Source: Acidimicrobiia bacterium
GTDB lineage: Bacteria; Actinomycetota; Acidimicrobiia; Spongiisociales; ZC4RG35
DNA: 64,000 nt
Assembly (NCBI GenBank): GCA_050741915.1
Contig: JBOGEX010000110.1
Coordinates: forward strand, 20,311-84,310
Direction: 5' to 3'
The position numbers and the translations under genes are program-made. The notes beneath the pieces are model-generated. The model saw only the letters and a program-made list of their open reading frames with translations, did not search any database and was not told the DNA's origin. Positions 43,751 to 52,528 of the stretch are shown here, one piece after another. Position 1 is the stretch's first letter. Each line of letters begins with the position of its first letter.

Positions 43751-46327
43751 GTGCTTCTCGAACGGGAAACCCAGATCGACACCCTGGTCCATCTGCTGGA
43801 TGAGGCGGGCCAGGGACGAGGATCCTTGGCGCTGGTGGCTGGCGAAGCCGGGGTGGGGAAGACGTCGTTGGTCAAGGCTTTGGCCGACATGGTTCGCAAC
43901 CGGTCTCTGGTCCTGGTCGGCGCCTGTGATCCCCTATCCACCCCGAGACCCCTCAGCCCCTTGCTCGACTTCGCAGCCGATCCTGATTCGGGCCTCGGCG
44001 ACATCGTCCGGCTCTCTGAACAACACGAGATCTTCGGTGCGTTTCTGGCCCGTCTTCGCAAATCCGTCCGGCCGGTCCTGACCATCATTGAGGACATCCA
44101 TTGGGCTGACGACGCCACTGTCGATCTGGTCCGATTCGTCGGGAGGCGGATAGCTAATTCCAAGGCCCTGGTCGTCGTCACATATCGCGAGGACGAGGTC
44201 GGCCGCAATCACCCCCTCCAAGTCCTCCTCGGGGACCTGGCGGCGGCGGGATCGGCCACCAAATTGGCGGTCCCCTCGCTCTCGACTGACGCAGTGCGGA
44301 CCCTGGCCGCCGGCAGAGGTTTCGACGCGGACCACCTCCACCGGATAACGGGTGGGAACGCATTCTTTGTTACCGAGGTGATCGCGGCCGGTCAGTTTGT
44401 CCCCTCTTCGGTGCGGGACGCGGTCTTGGCCAGAGTCCTACGATTGGGAGAGAAGGCGCAGCAGGTCGTCGAATCGGTCTCAATTGCCCCTCGAGCGCTC
44501 GAGGTGGATAAGAGCCTCCGGCTTGCCGATGCCAGCCCTAACGACGTCGATGAGGCGGTTGCGCGTGGGGTGCTCGTCGGCGAGGGTGGCAAGGTCCGAT
44601 TTCGACATGAACTGGCCCGCACGGCCGTCGAGGACGCGATTCCCCCCGCTCGGCGCGAGTCCCTCCATCAAAAGATGATCGACCTCCTCGTCGAAGCCGG
44701 CATCGATGACCCAGCCCGCCTTGCTCATCACGCCACGCGGGCGGCGGATCGCGAGCTCATTGCTCGGTACGCTCCGGCCGCCGCCACGGACGCAATGATG
44801 CGAGGCGCCAACCGGGAGGCAGCGCAGTTTCTCGAGGCAGCACTCGAATGCGAGGATCTGCTGGATGACGCCGCCGACCTCCGTCTCCGCCTGGCGAGCC
44901 TGCTTAATCTCCTCGACCAGCAGGGGGATGCGTTGCGCCAGGCCGAGCTCGCCGCCGCTGCATATCGCCTGACTGCAAACGTGGCTGGTGTTGGTCGGGC
45001 GCTCACCACCGTCGCCTATAGCCAGTGGGCGAGTGGGAACACGGCTTCCGCGCGCCCAATCATTGACGAGGCGGTGACGACTCTCGAGTCCATTGGGCCG
45101 AGCGAGGACCTGGCATCGGCGCTCTACATATCGTCCCTCCTGCACATGCTGGCCCGCCATCACCAACCTGCTATGAAGGACGGCGAAAGCGCCCTACGCA
45201 TGGCCGAACGAGTCGGGTCGCCCTTCGCGCTGGCTCGCGCCACTCTCAACTTGGGCACTACCGAGTTGGTCACTGGAGTCCCGGAGCGTGGGTTGTCGTT
45301 ACTCGGGCGCTCCCGGCAACTGCTCGACGAGATGGGTAGATCAGCCACCACCGCCCTGTTGCAGACGGGCTCAGGGGGCGGCGAGGTAAGGCGGTATCGG
45401 GAGGCGGTAGCCGCACTCGAGGAAGCGATCCCACTCAGTCGCCAGAGGGATGAAGACTATTCGCTCGCTTACAACACTGCCTGGCTGGCGAGGATCCGCT
45501 TCGAACAAGGACGCTGGCATGAAGCCATCGAATTGGCCAACGAGGTCGATTTCGGGCGCCAGGGGACCAATCCGATTTCGCGCATAACTGCCCACAGTGC
45601 CCGCGGACGGGTGGGTGTCCGTCGGGGTGGCCCTCGGGGCATCGCTCTGCTCGAGGAGGTGAGCCAGTTGGCGGTCCGCCTCGAACTCCAGCATCGTTGG
45701 CCATCGATCGCCGGGATCGCCGAGTACCGCTGGCTGATCGGTGCCCATGACCGCATTACCGAGGTTTTGACCGGACCCTTCGCCGAGGCGTTGGGCACCG
45801 ACAGCCAATGGGCGCGGGGCGAACTGGGGTTCTGGATGTGGCGGGCAGGTTTGATCGAGACTGCTCCACCAGGAGCCGCCTATCCGTTTGCGCTGCAAAT
45901 GGATGGTGACTGGAGGAAAGCCGCCTCTGCCTGGCGGGAGATTGGCTGTCCCTACGAGGAGGCGATGGCGCTCGCCGACGGAGATGAAGCGGCGCTCCTC
46001 GAAAGCCTCGAGATCCTGGACGGGCTCGGAGCCCGACCTCTCGCTTCCCTCGTCCGCAAACAGCTAAGGGAACAAGGCGCCAACCACATCCCACGCGGTC
46101 CCCGGCCGGCCACTAAGGCCGATAAGGCGGGGCTCACTCCCAGACAGCGGGAGGTGCTCGAACTGATGGCGGACGGTCTCACGAACGCCGAGATCGCCGA
46201 TCGTCTCTATCTCACGAAGAAAACGGTCGAGCACCATGTCGCGGCGATCCTGCAAAAGACAGGGGTCGACTCGCGCGCCAAAGCCATCGCCTCGGCGAAA
46301 GATGGGGGTAGCCCCATGGCAATCTAG
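43751..46327 (+). CDS. LuxR-family transcriptional regulator with N-terminal AAA/STAND ATPase (LAL/MalT type)
   Basis: The P-loop is LVAGEAGVGKTSLV, followed by a long TPR-like middle region. The C-terminal HTH is LTPRQREVLELMADGLTNAEIADRLYLTKKTVEHHV. Confidence 0.85.
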   Translation: MLLERETQIDTLVHLLDEAGQGRGSLALVAGEAGVGKTSLVKALADMVRNRSLVLVGACDPLSTPRPLSPLLDFAADPDSGLGDIVRLSEQHEIFGAFLARLRKSVRPVLTIIEDIHWADDATVDLVRFVGRRIANSKALVVVTYREDEVGRNHPLQVLLGDLAAAGSATKLAVPSLSTDAVRTLAAGRGFDADHLHRITGGNAFFVTEVIAAGQFVPSSVRDAVLARVLRLGEKAQQVVESVSIAPRALEVDKSLRLADASPNDVDEAVARGVLVGEGGKVRFRHELARTAVEDAIPPARRESLHQKMIDLLVEAGIDDPARLAHHATRAADRELIARYAPAAATDAMMRGANREAAQFLEAALECEDLLDDAADLRLRLASLLNLLDQQGDALRQAELAAAAYRLTANVAGVGRALTTVAYSQWASGNTASARPIIDEAVTTLESIGPSEDLASALYISSLLHMLARHHQPAMKDGESALRMAERVGSPFALARATLNLGTTELVTGVPERGLSLLGRSRQLLDEMGRSATTALLQTGSGGGEVRRYREAVAALEEAIPLSRQRDEDYSLAYNTAWLARIRFEQGRWHEAIELANEVDFGRQGTNPISRITAHSARGRVGVRRGGPRGIALLEEVSQLAVRLELQHRWPSIAGIAEYRWLIGAHDRITEVLTGPFAEALGTDSQWARGELGFWMWRAGLIETAPPGAAYPFALQMDGDWRKAASAWREIGCPYEEAMALADGDEAALLESLEILDGLGARPLASLVRKQLREQGANHIPRGPRPATKADKAGLTPRQREVLELMADGLTNAEIADRLYLTKKTVEHHVAAILQKTGVDSRAKAIASAKDGGSPMAI

Positions 46328-46409
46328 GGGCACGCCCCGATGTGCTTCGGAGGGCGGCATCGTACGTTCCCCTGGAGGCCGGAAGTCCCGGCTAAGAAAG
46401 GAGCGAAAC

Positions 46410-46694
46410 ATGCCGCGCTACATGGTGGAACGCACGTTTCCCGGAGGTCTCGAAATTCCGACTAATGCCGAGGGCGCAAAGGCCATGGCCGGAGTCGTTT
46501 CCAACAACGCCACCGATGGCGTCACCTGGATCACGACCTACGTGACCACCGACAAACTACGGACCGTCTGCATCTACGACGGCCCCACCCCGGAGGCAAT
46601 CCGCAAGGTCGCCGGGATCAACGGGCTTCCCGTGGACTCGGTTACGCCCGTGCGAGTCCTTGACCCCTACTTCTATTACGGGGGCGGCGACTGA
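46410..46694 (+). CDS. DUF4242-like small protein
   Basis: MPRYMVERTFPGGLEIP...TWITTYVTTDKLRTVCIYDGPTPEAIRKVA. AAAGGAG lies 7 nt upstream of the ATG at 46410. Confidence 0.7.
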   Translation: MPRYMVERTFPGGLEIPTNAEGAKAMAGVVSNNATDGVTWITTYVTTDKLRTVCIYDGPTPEAIRKVAGINGLPVDSVTPVRVLDPYFYYGGGD

Positions 46695-46714
46695 ACCAGC
46701 AATAGCCTGGACCG

Positions 46715-47485
46715 GTGAAGCTCCCGAAGCTCTTCGGGCTCCTGCTGGTTGTCGGCTGCAACATTGGCGGCGGCGCTGAAAACTTAGCGCCGCCGAACTC
46801 TGTTTCATCCGAAGTCGTCCAGGTCGAGGAAGTGGTCGATGGTGACAGCTTCCGAACTATCAACTCTGAGGTCAGGCTGATCGGAGTCAACGCTCCTGAG
46901 CGAGACGAGTGCTACGGAACTGAGAGCCGGGAGTGGCTCGCCGAACTGGTCGAGGACAAGGACGTCGAGATCGTGCCAGACTCGATCGACCAGTTCGGCC
47001 GAATCCTGGCCGATGTGAAAGTAGACGACATCTCGCTCAACCGTGAGGCGGTGGCAACGGGACACGCGCTAGCGGTGACCGCGAGCGATCACCTCGACGA
47101 TGAGGACGTGGCGAGGCAGGCTGGGCTCGGACTATGGGGAGCCGACATCTGTGGTGCAAGCGGTGCGCCACCCAATCTCGTCATCGACGACATATTGTTC
47201 GACCCTCCTGGCGACGACCGCGAGGAGTTGATTGTCATCGGGAATCGCTCGGAAGCAGCCATAGACCTCGCCGGATTCCAACTTCGGGATGAATCGTCGG
47301 TCAACAGGTATGCGTTTCCCTCTTACCGGCTAGCTCCCGGGGGCATCGTCACGGTGTCGACTGGGTGTGATGCGGCAGCAAACGTGCTCAATTGGTGCAC
47401 GCTGGGACCGGTATGGAACAACGGCGGCGATGCCGTCATCCTCCTCGATAGCTTCGGCCGCGTGGTTGCCTTTCGCCGTTACTAA
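46715..47485 (+). CDS. Secreted lipoprotein: staphylococcal-nuclease (SNase) domain + lamin-tail domain
   Basis: Lipobox LLLVVGC. The SNase core is VVDGDSFR...VRLIGVNAPE...GRILADV. The C-terminal LTD-like segment is FDPPGDDREELIVIGNRSEAAIDLAGFQLRD. Confidence 0.75.
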   Translation: MKLPKLFGLLLVVGCNIGGGAENLAPPNSVSSEVVQVEEVVDGDSFRTINSEVRLIGVNAPERDECYGTESREWLAELVEDKDVEIVPDSIDQFGRILADVKVDDISLNREAVATGHALAVTASDHLDDEDVARQAGLGLWGADICGASGAPPNLVIDDILFDPPGDDREELIVIGNRSEAAIDLAGFQLRDESSVNRYAFPSYRLAPGGIVTVSTGCDAAANVLNWCTLGPVWNNGGDAVILLDSFGRVVAFRRY

Positions 47486-47536
47486 CGGCCCACCGAGTGG
47501 CTAACTTTCGTACAACGTCTAAACGAGGAGGTTGCG

Positions 47537-47902
47537 ATGTCGCTCAAGGACACACTGAAGGGAGTCCTTTCGAAGACCAAAGACCTGGCCGAAGACGCCG
47601 CCGAAAAGGCCGGGCCTCTGATGGAGAAGGCCAAGGACATGGCCGGCGAGGCTATGGAGAAGGCCGGACCGATGATGGAGAAGGCCAAAGAGAAAGCGGC
47701 GCCGGTCGTAGAAAAGGCGAAGGACAAGGCCGGTGAGGTCTGGGACAAGGGCAAGGACAAGGTGGCCGAGGTTCGTTCGGGTTCGACCTCGACGGATGAG
47801 GCCGTCGCGGACGTGGTCGATGCCGCCAAGGACAAGGCGGCAGAACTGGTAGAAGAGACCAAGGACGCGGCCGCCGACGCGGTGGATGAGGCCAAGTCCT
47901 AG
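47537..47902 (+). CDS. LEA-like / general-stress repeat protein
   Basis: 121 aa of amphipathic 11-mer repeats (EKAGPLMEKAKDMAGEAMEKAGPMMEKAKEKAAPVVEKAKDKAGEV). AGGAGG lies upstream of the ATG. Confidence 0.7.
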   Translation: MSLKDTLKGVLSKTKDLAEDAAEKAGPLMEKAKDMAGEAMEKAGPMMEKAKEKAAPVVEKAKDKAGEVWDKGKDKVAEVRSGSTSTDEAVADVVDAAKDKAAELVEETKDAAADAVDEAKS

Positions 47903-47946
47903 TTTCTCCCCCCGCAGGGGAGAGTACCGCCGCAGGCGGGGAGGGG
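47902..47946 (+). repeat. C-tract/G-tract repeat locus E2
   Basis: GTTTCTCCCCCC-GCA-GGGGAGAG-TA-CCGCC-GCA-GGCGG-GGAGGGG. The last G-tract ends 10 nt upstream of the aspC GTG. Confidence 0.8.
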
Positions 47947-47956
47947 TGATCGGGCT

Positions 47957-49135
47957 GTGAAGCGCGTTTCCTCCCGGGTGGGAGGAATCACAGAATCCGC
48001 CACGATGGCGATCACCGAGCGTGCCCGTCAGCTGCGTGCGGCCGGAGAGCCCGTCATCAGCTTGGGAGCGGGCGAACCCGACTTCCCGACCCCGACCCAC
48101 ATCGTCGATGCGGCCCGCCGCGCCGCGTCCGACCCCGCCAATCACCACTACACACCTAACGCCGGTCTTCCCGCTCTGCGCGAGGCAGTGGCGGAGTACA
48201 CAGCTGAGTTCTCCGGTGCCCGAGTTGTCTCCCAACAGACGCTGGTCACGAATGGAGCGAAGCAGGCCGTCTATCTCGCTCTGGCGGCGTTGCTCGATCC
48301 TGGAGACGAGGTCCTGGTTACAGCTCCTTACTGGGTGACATATCCGGAGGCAACCAAGCTCGCCGGCGGAGTGCCGGTAGCGGTGGTCACCGACGATTCC
48401 ACAGGCTTCAAAGCCTCGGTGGAGCAGCTCGAAGCGGCAACTACGCTTCGCACCAAGGGTCTCATCTTTGTCTCACCCTCCAATCCGACCGGGGCCGTCT
48501 ACACGCGGGAGGAAGTCGACACCATCGGACGGTGGGCCGGCGAGCGCGGCATCTGGGTCGTGACCGATGAGATCTATCAACGATTGATCTACACGGGCGA
48601 GACGTCGGCCGCTTCGATCATCACCGCTCCCGAGCTCGGAGATCGCTGGTTGGCGATCAACGGCGTCGCCAAGACCTTCGCCATGACCGGATGGAGGGTC
48701 GGATGGCTCGTCGGACCGAGCGATGTGATCAAGGCGGCATCCAGTCACCAGTCCCATCTCACCTCCAACGTCAACAACGTGGCCCAACACGCTGCCCTGG
48801 CAGGACTCACCGGTCCGAGGCAACCGATCGAGGATATGCGCCAGGCATTCGATCGCAGGCGCCTCCAGATGCATCGCTGGCTTTCAAAGATGAATGGCGT
48901 TTCTTGCGTCGAACCGGAGGGCGCCTTTTACGCTTTCCCCTCGCTGCAACCGCATGTCGAACGGCTGGGATCGTCGATGGCGGTGGCCTCCTTCCTGCTC
49001 GACGAGGCGAAAGTCGCGGTCGTTCCCGGCGAAGCGTTTGGACTGGACAGCTACGCCCGCTTGTCCTACGCCCTTTCGGACGAGGACCTCGTAACGGCGA
49101 TGGAGCGCATGGAAGCGGCCCTCGCCCGCGTGTAG
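47957..49135 (+). CDS. aspC: Class I pyridoxal-phosphate aminotransferase (aspartate aminotransferase-like)
   Basis: VISLGAGEPDFPTP...NPTGAVY...NGVAKTFAMTGWRVGW contains the PLP-Lys motif. The N-terminus aligns with family N-termini from the GTG at 47957. Confidence 0.85.
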   Translation: MKRVSSRVGGITESATMAITERARQLRAAGEPVISLGAGEPDFPTPTHIVDAARRAASDPANHHYTPNAGLPALREAVAEYTAEFSGARVVSQQTLVTNGAKQAVYLALAALLDPGDEVLVTAPYWVTYPEATKLAGGVPVAVVTDDSTGFKASVEQLEAATTLRTKGLIFVSPSNPTGAVYTREEVDTIGRWAGERGIWVVTDEIYQRLIYTGETSAASIITAPELGDRWLAINGVAKTFAMTGWRVGWLVGPSDVIKAASSHQSHLTSNVNNVAQHAALAGLTGPRQPIEDMRQAFDRRRLQMHRWLSKMNGVSCVEPEGAFYAFPSLQPHVERLGSSMAVASFLLDEAKVAVVPGEAFGLDSYARLSYALSDEDLVTAMERMEAALARV

Positions 49136-49142
49136 TTCGCGA

Positions 49143-49192
49143 TTTCTGTGGGCCGCAACCGTCGTCCAACGACGGATTAAACCCAGGGTTTT
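49143..49192 (+). repeat. ~50-nt structured intergenic element, copy L2
   Basis: TTTCTGTGGGCCGCAACCGTCGTCCAACGACGGATTAAACCCAGGGTTTT. Differences from L1 concentrate in the hairpin loop and one linker. Confidence 0.8.
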
Positions 49193-49212
49193 GCTAGATA
49201 CACTCGCCGGGA

Positions 49213-50289
49213 GTGGAGACCCCGTCCCAAGCCAAGGCCATGCTGCTGGTCGAACCCAAGCGGCTGCGCTGTCACCAGATACCCATTCGTCCCCCGGACA
49301 AAGGCGGCTGGTTGGCAATCGAGGCCAATGGCATCTCCGGTGCCGACGTCCAAATTTGGAAGGGCGATCGCGCCGATGTCCTCTATCCGCTCGTGCTCGG
49401 CCATCAAGTCGTCGGCCGTATAGCTAGCACCGATGGGTCGCTTCCCCACGAGATCGGCACTCGCGTCGTAGTTGAGCCGGAGCTCCATTGCGGGGTGTGT
49501 AGCCGTTGCCGTCTCGGGGTCAGTGGTTGTCGCCAGCGCCGTCCGATCAATAGCTATGGCCGCCTGCCGTCGACGGAACCGCCCGGTCTCTGGGGCGGAC
49601 TCGCCGAATACCTCTATCTCGATCCGAGTTCGCGGACTCATGTTGTTTCAGACGACATCACCGCCGAGCTGGCGACCTTCGTTCACCCACTAGCCGCCGG
49701 GTACACCTGGGCGGTAGAGCTGCCTTTGCTCGAGTCCGGACAGACGGTGATGGTGCTTGGCCCGGGTCCCCGCGGCTTGGGCTGTGTCATCGCCGCTATG
49801 GGAGCTGGCGCCTCCTGGGTTGGCGTCAGCGGGCTCGACGTCGACAGCGATCGGTTAGAGGTGGCAGGACGGCTGGGCGCGAAGCTCACGATCAACGCCA
49901 CCACCGAGGATGTTCCGGCGGCAGTGGCCGATCATCTCGGCACCCGTCCCGACGTCGTGGTCGACGTCACTTCCGACGATCCCGAAGCCATGTTCACAGC
50001 TCTCGACCTGGTTCGTTCCGGGGGAACGGTGATCCTGGCCTCGACCAAGGGGAACCGTCCGGTCCATTTCTTCTCAGATTTGATCGTTCAGAAACAGCTC
50101 ACCGTCAAAGGGGCCCTCGGCGCCAGCAGCGCCGCCTACACCTGGGCCGCGTCGCAAATCGCCACCGATCCCCGACTCGACGATCTCGTCTCTCACCAGT
50201 TTCCGCTGGAAGAGTCATCGCGCGCACTCCAAGCAGCCGCGGGCATGCTCGGCCATGACGAGCTCATGTCCGTCGCAGTCACTTTCTGA
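49213..50289 (+). CDS. Zinc-type medium-chain alcohol/threonine dehydrogenase family protein
   Basis: GISGADVQIWKGD...LGHQVVG...CGVCSRCRLG gives the structural-zinc Cys cluster, and VLGPGPRGL gives the Rossmann fold. Confidence 0.8.
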   Translation: METPSQAKAMLLVEPKRLRCHQIPIRPPDKGGWLAIEANGISGADVQIWKGDRADVLYPLVLGHQVVGRIASTDGSLPHEIGTRVVVEPELHCGVCSRCRLGVSGCRQRRPINSYGRLPSTEPPGLWGGLAEYLYLDPSSRTHVVSDDITAELATFVHPLAAGYTWAVELPLLESGQTVMVLGPGPRGLGCVIAAMGAGASWVGVSGLDVDSDRLEVAGRLGAKLTINATTEDVPAAVADHLGTRPDVVVDVTSDDPEAMFTALDLVRSGGTVILASTKGNRPVHFFSDLIVQKQLTVKGALGASSAAYTWAASQIATDPRLDDLVSHQFPLEESSRALQAAAGMLGHDELMSVAVTF

Positions 50290-50300
50290 CCGGATTCGAA

Positions 50301-51482
50301 TTGCCTTCCGCGGCGATCACCGCGAACAAGAAAGCGGTGCGAGGTTGGCTGCTGTACGACCTCGCCAACACGATCTTCGCTCTGGGGGTCATCGGTCTCT
50401 ATTTTCCCGCCTGGCTGCGCGAGGAAGGGGGACGCGACAGCGCCCTGGCGGTAACTGAAGCCGCGGCTGGAGTGGCGGTGATCGTCTTGGCCGCCTGGCT
50501 CGGCGCCCAAACCGATCGCAGTGGCCGCCGGCTCCCCTTGCTCGCGGTGACCACGGCCTCGGCCATCGTCGCCACCTCCCTTCTCGGCAGCTTCGGATTG
50601 GGCCCGTCTCTCGTCATTCTCGGGTTCGGGCTGGTCGGCTTCAACCTCGGCTCGGCGCTCTACGACGCTCTGCTCTCCCAAGTCAGTGACCACCAGAATC
50701 GCGGGCGCATCTCTGGCCTCGGCGTCGCCATCGGCTACATGGGCTCTTTCGTCGGACTGGGGATCGGACGGCTCACTCTCGAGCGAGGTGGTTATGCGCT
50801 CACCTTTCGTTCGCTTGCCCTGGCTTTCTTGGTTTTCGCTGTGCCTCTCTTTGTCTGGTTGCGAGAGGTCCCTGCATCGGCGCCGGCCCGCAGAGCAGGA
50901 ATGATCCAGTCGTGGCGGGCGGCTGCCCGCGAACCGGGGATGGCTCGATTTCTCGTCGGTCGCTTCCTTTACACCGACGCCATCAACACACTGATCGGCG
51001 GCTTCCTCGCCCTTTTCGTGATCTCCGAGCTTGGCCTCAGCACCGACGAGGTCAACACGCTCCTCGCCATCGCCATCATCGCTGCCATGGGAGGAGGACT
51101 GCTCGGGGGACGAGCGGCAACTCGCATCGGAGCGCGGAAAAGTCTCCGGATGACTCTGCTCGTGTGGGCAGCGGCGATTCTGCTCGGTGCTTTCGCCGCG
51201 GTCTTCGATCTTTCTTCCCTGGTCTGGATCGTGGGGGTGATGGGTGGCCTCGCCCTGGGAGCCACCTGGGCCAGCGACCGTGTGCTGATGTATGACCTGA
51301 GCCCACCCGAAAGGCTGGGCGAGTTCTACGGCCTCTACGCCACCGTCGGCCGTTTCGCCACAATCGTCGGTCCTTTGGTTTGGGCGCTGATTGTCGACGT
51401 TCTCCGATGGGGTCGACCGGCCGCGATGGTGGGACTTTCTGTCTTTGTGCTAGCCGGGTGGCAGGTGATTGGCCGCAAGTAA
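50301..51482 (+). CDS. MFS transporter, UMF1/Atg22-like (second paralogue)
   Basis: RGWLLYDLANTIFALGV N-terminus with multiple TM segments. The start is TTG. Confidence 0.75.
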   Translation: MPSAAITANKKAVRGWLLYDLANTIFALGVIGLYFPAWLREEGGRDSALAVTEAAAGVAVIVLAAWLGAQTDRSGRRLPLLAVTTASAIVATSLLGSFGLGPSLVILGFGLVGFNLGSALYDALLSQVSDHQNRGRISGLGVAIGYMGSFVGLGIGRLTLERGGYALTFRSLALAFLVFAVPLFVWLREVPASAPARRAGMIQSWRAAAREPGMARFLVGRFLYTDAINTLIGGFLALFVISELGLSTDEVNTLLAIAIIAAMGGGLLGGRAATRIGARKSLRMTLLVWAAAILLGAFAAVFDLSSLVWIVGVMGGLALGATWASDRVLMYDLSPPERLGEFYGLYATVGRFATIVGPLVWALIVDVLRWGRPAAMVGLSVFVLAGWQVIGRK

Positions 51483-51491
51483 CAGCGTCGG

Positions 51492-52469
51492 TCAGGCCCG
51501 CGGAAACGGCCGGTGATCGTCGCGATCGATGCCGTGGGTCAAACTTTCTTCGACGAAGTAGGGGACGGGGAGATCACGGGTTTCTCGGTGCCCGGCGACT
51601 AGGCGGCGGCCGATCTCGGCGAACCAGGTCGAGTTCGGCACCTCCCACGGCCAGGGACGGATGCCTTCCCGCGCCCCCACCAGAGCTCCCACCATCGTTG
51701 CCAGCTGGCTCCCACCCGCCTCCGCTGCCGCTCGCAACACACCGTCTGGACCTTGATTCGAACCGCAAGCCAGGGCGACGGCTGTCAAAACCCCTTCGGG
51801 AGCCTCGGTCCAACCGAACTCCTCGAGCACCCTCCGTGGACCCTCGCTGACCAACGAGCGCGCCTCGAGAAAACGGTGGGGAAAACGCCGCGCCTCATCG
51901 ACATTGGTGAAGGTCGCTTCCTCCTCGATCCGAGAGAGAGCCCGGCTGGCAATCTCGGCCGCGGCGGACAAAAGGTCGCGGCCGGTTTGGCCGAAGCAGC
52001 TAGCCGCGGTCGCACCGGCCAGCGCCGCCGTCGCCACTGCTGTGGTGGCGTCGAGGTGCGTCAACCTCGAAACTTCGAGAGCTCCGACCGTCAGCTCTTC
52101 GGGCCGGCGCCGAAACCACACCCCAACCGGGGCTACCCGGGCGGCGGGCTCGGCGCTCGGAACGGAAGAGCGTCGGGACTGGTCGGATTCGACCGCCGTA
52201 ACCCATTCCTCGAAGTCGGGGCTGACCGCTCGATACACCGACGGGTTGGACGAATCGGCCGCCAGCTCCGACCACTCTCTAGCGAGCGATGACCCTTGCA
52301 CCCCGTCGTTGGCCATCAGGTGATAGGCCACGACGGTGGCTTGCTGGGTCAGCGCCGAATAGGCGATCTCACTCGCAGCACCCGCCACGTCTCCGGCCGC
52401 GGCGGCCAACAAGGCCCCTGCCCCTTCACCGTTGACGAGCGAAAATAGAGGGCCTTTCGCGTCTGACAA
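51492..52469 (-). CDS. ADP-ribosylglycohydrolase-fold protein (metal-site residues apparently degenerate)
   Basis: The overall ARH pattern is GALLAAAAGDVAGAA ... GGSQLATMVGALVGAREGI..WPW. The positions of the family DDT and GGDTD motifs read ALT and GGSQL. The start is TTG. Confidence 0.55.
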   Translation of the reverse strand: MSDAKGPLFSLVNGEGAGALLAAAAGDVAGAASEIAYSALTQQATVVAYHLMANDGVQGSSLAREWSELAADSSNPSVYRAVSPDFEEWVTAVESDQSRRSSVPSAEPAARVAPVGVWFRRRPEELTVGALEVSRLTHLDATTAVATAALAGATAASCFGQTGRDLLSAAAEIASRALSRIEEEATFTNVDEARRFPHRFLEARSLVSEGPRRVLEEFGWTEAPEGVLTAVALACGSNQGPDGVLRAAAEAGGSQLATMVGALVGAREGIRPWPWEVPNSTWFAEIGRRLVAGHRETRDLPVPYFVEESLTHGIDRDDHRPFPRA

Positions 52470-52528
52470 CGGCTCCGAGACTAACCAGTTACGCTTTCCC
52501 GCCTAGACCCCATCTCGCTCTTTTCGCT

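Noticed and set aside
47962-47990. Hairpin GTTTCCTCCC-GGGT-GGGAGGAA as a continuation of repeat locus E2
   Set aside because: It lies inside the aspC reading frame (KRVSSRVGGIT). That segment aligns with the conserved N-terminus of class I aminotransferases, so the resemblance to the GTTTCC box may be coincidental or secondary.
49120-49212. A flanking duplication around element L2, analogous to the one around L1
   Set aside because: CTCGCCCGCGTGTAG (upstream) and CTCGCCGGGAGTGGAG (downstream) match at only about 11 of 16 positions. That is too weak to call by eye.
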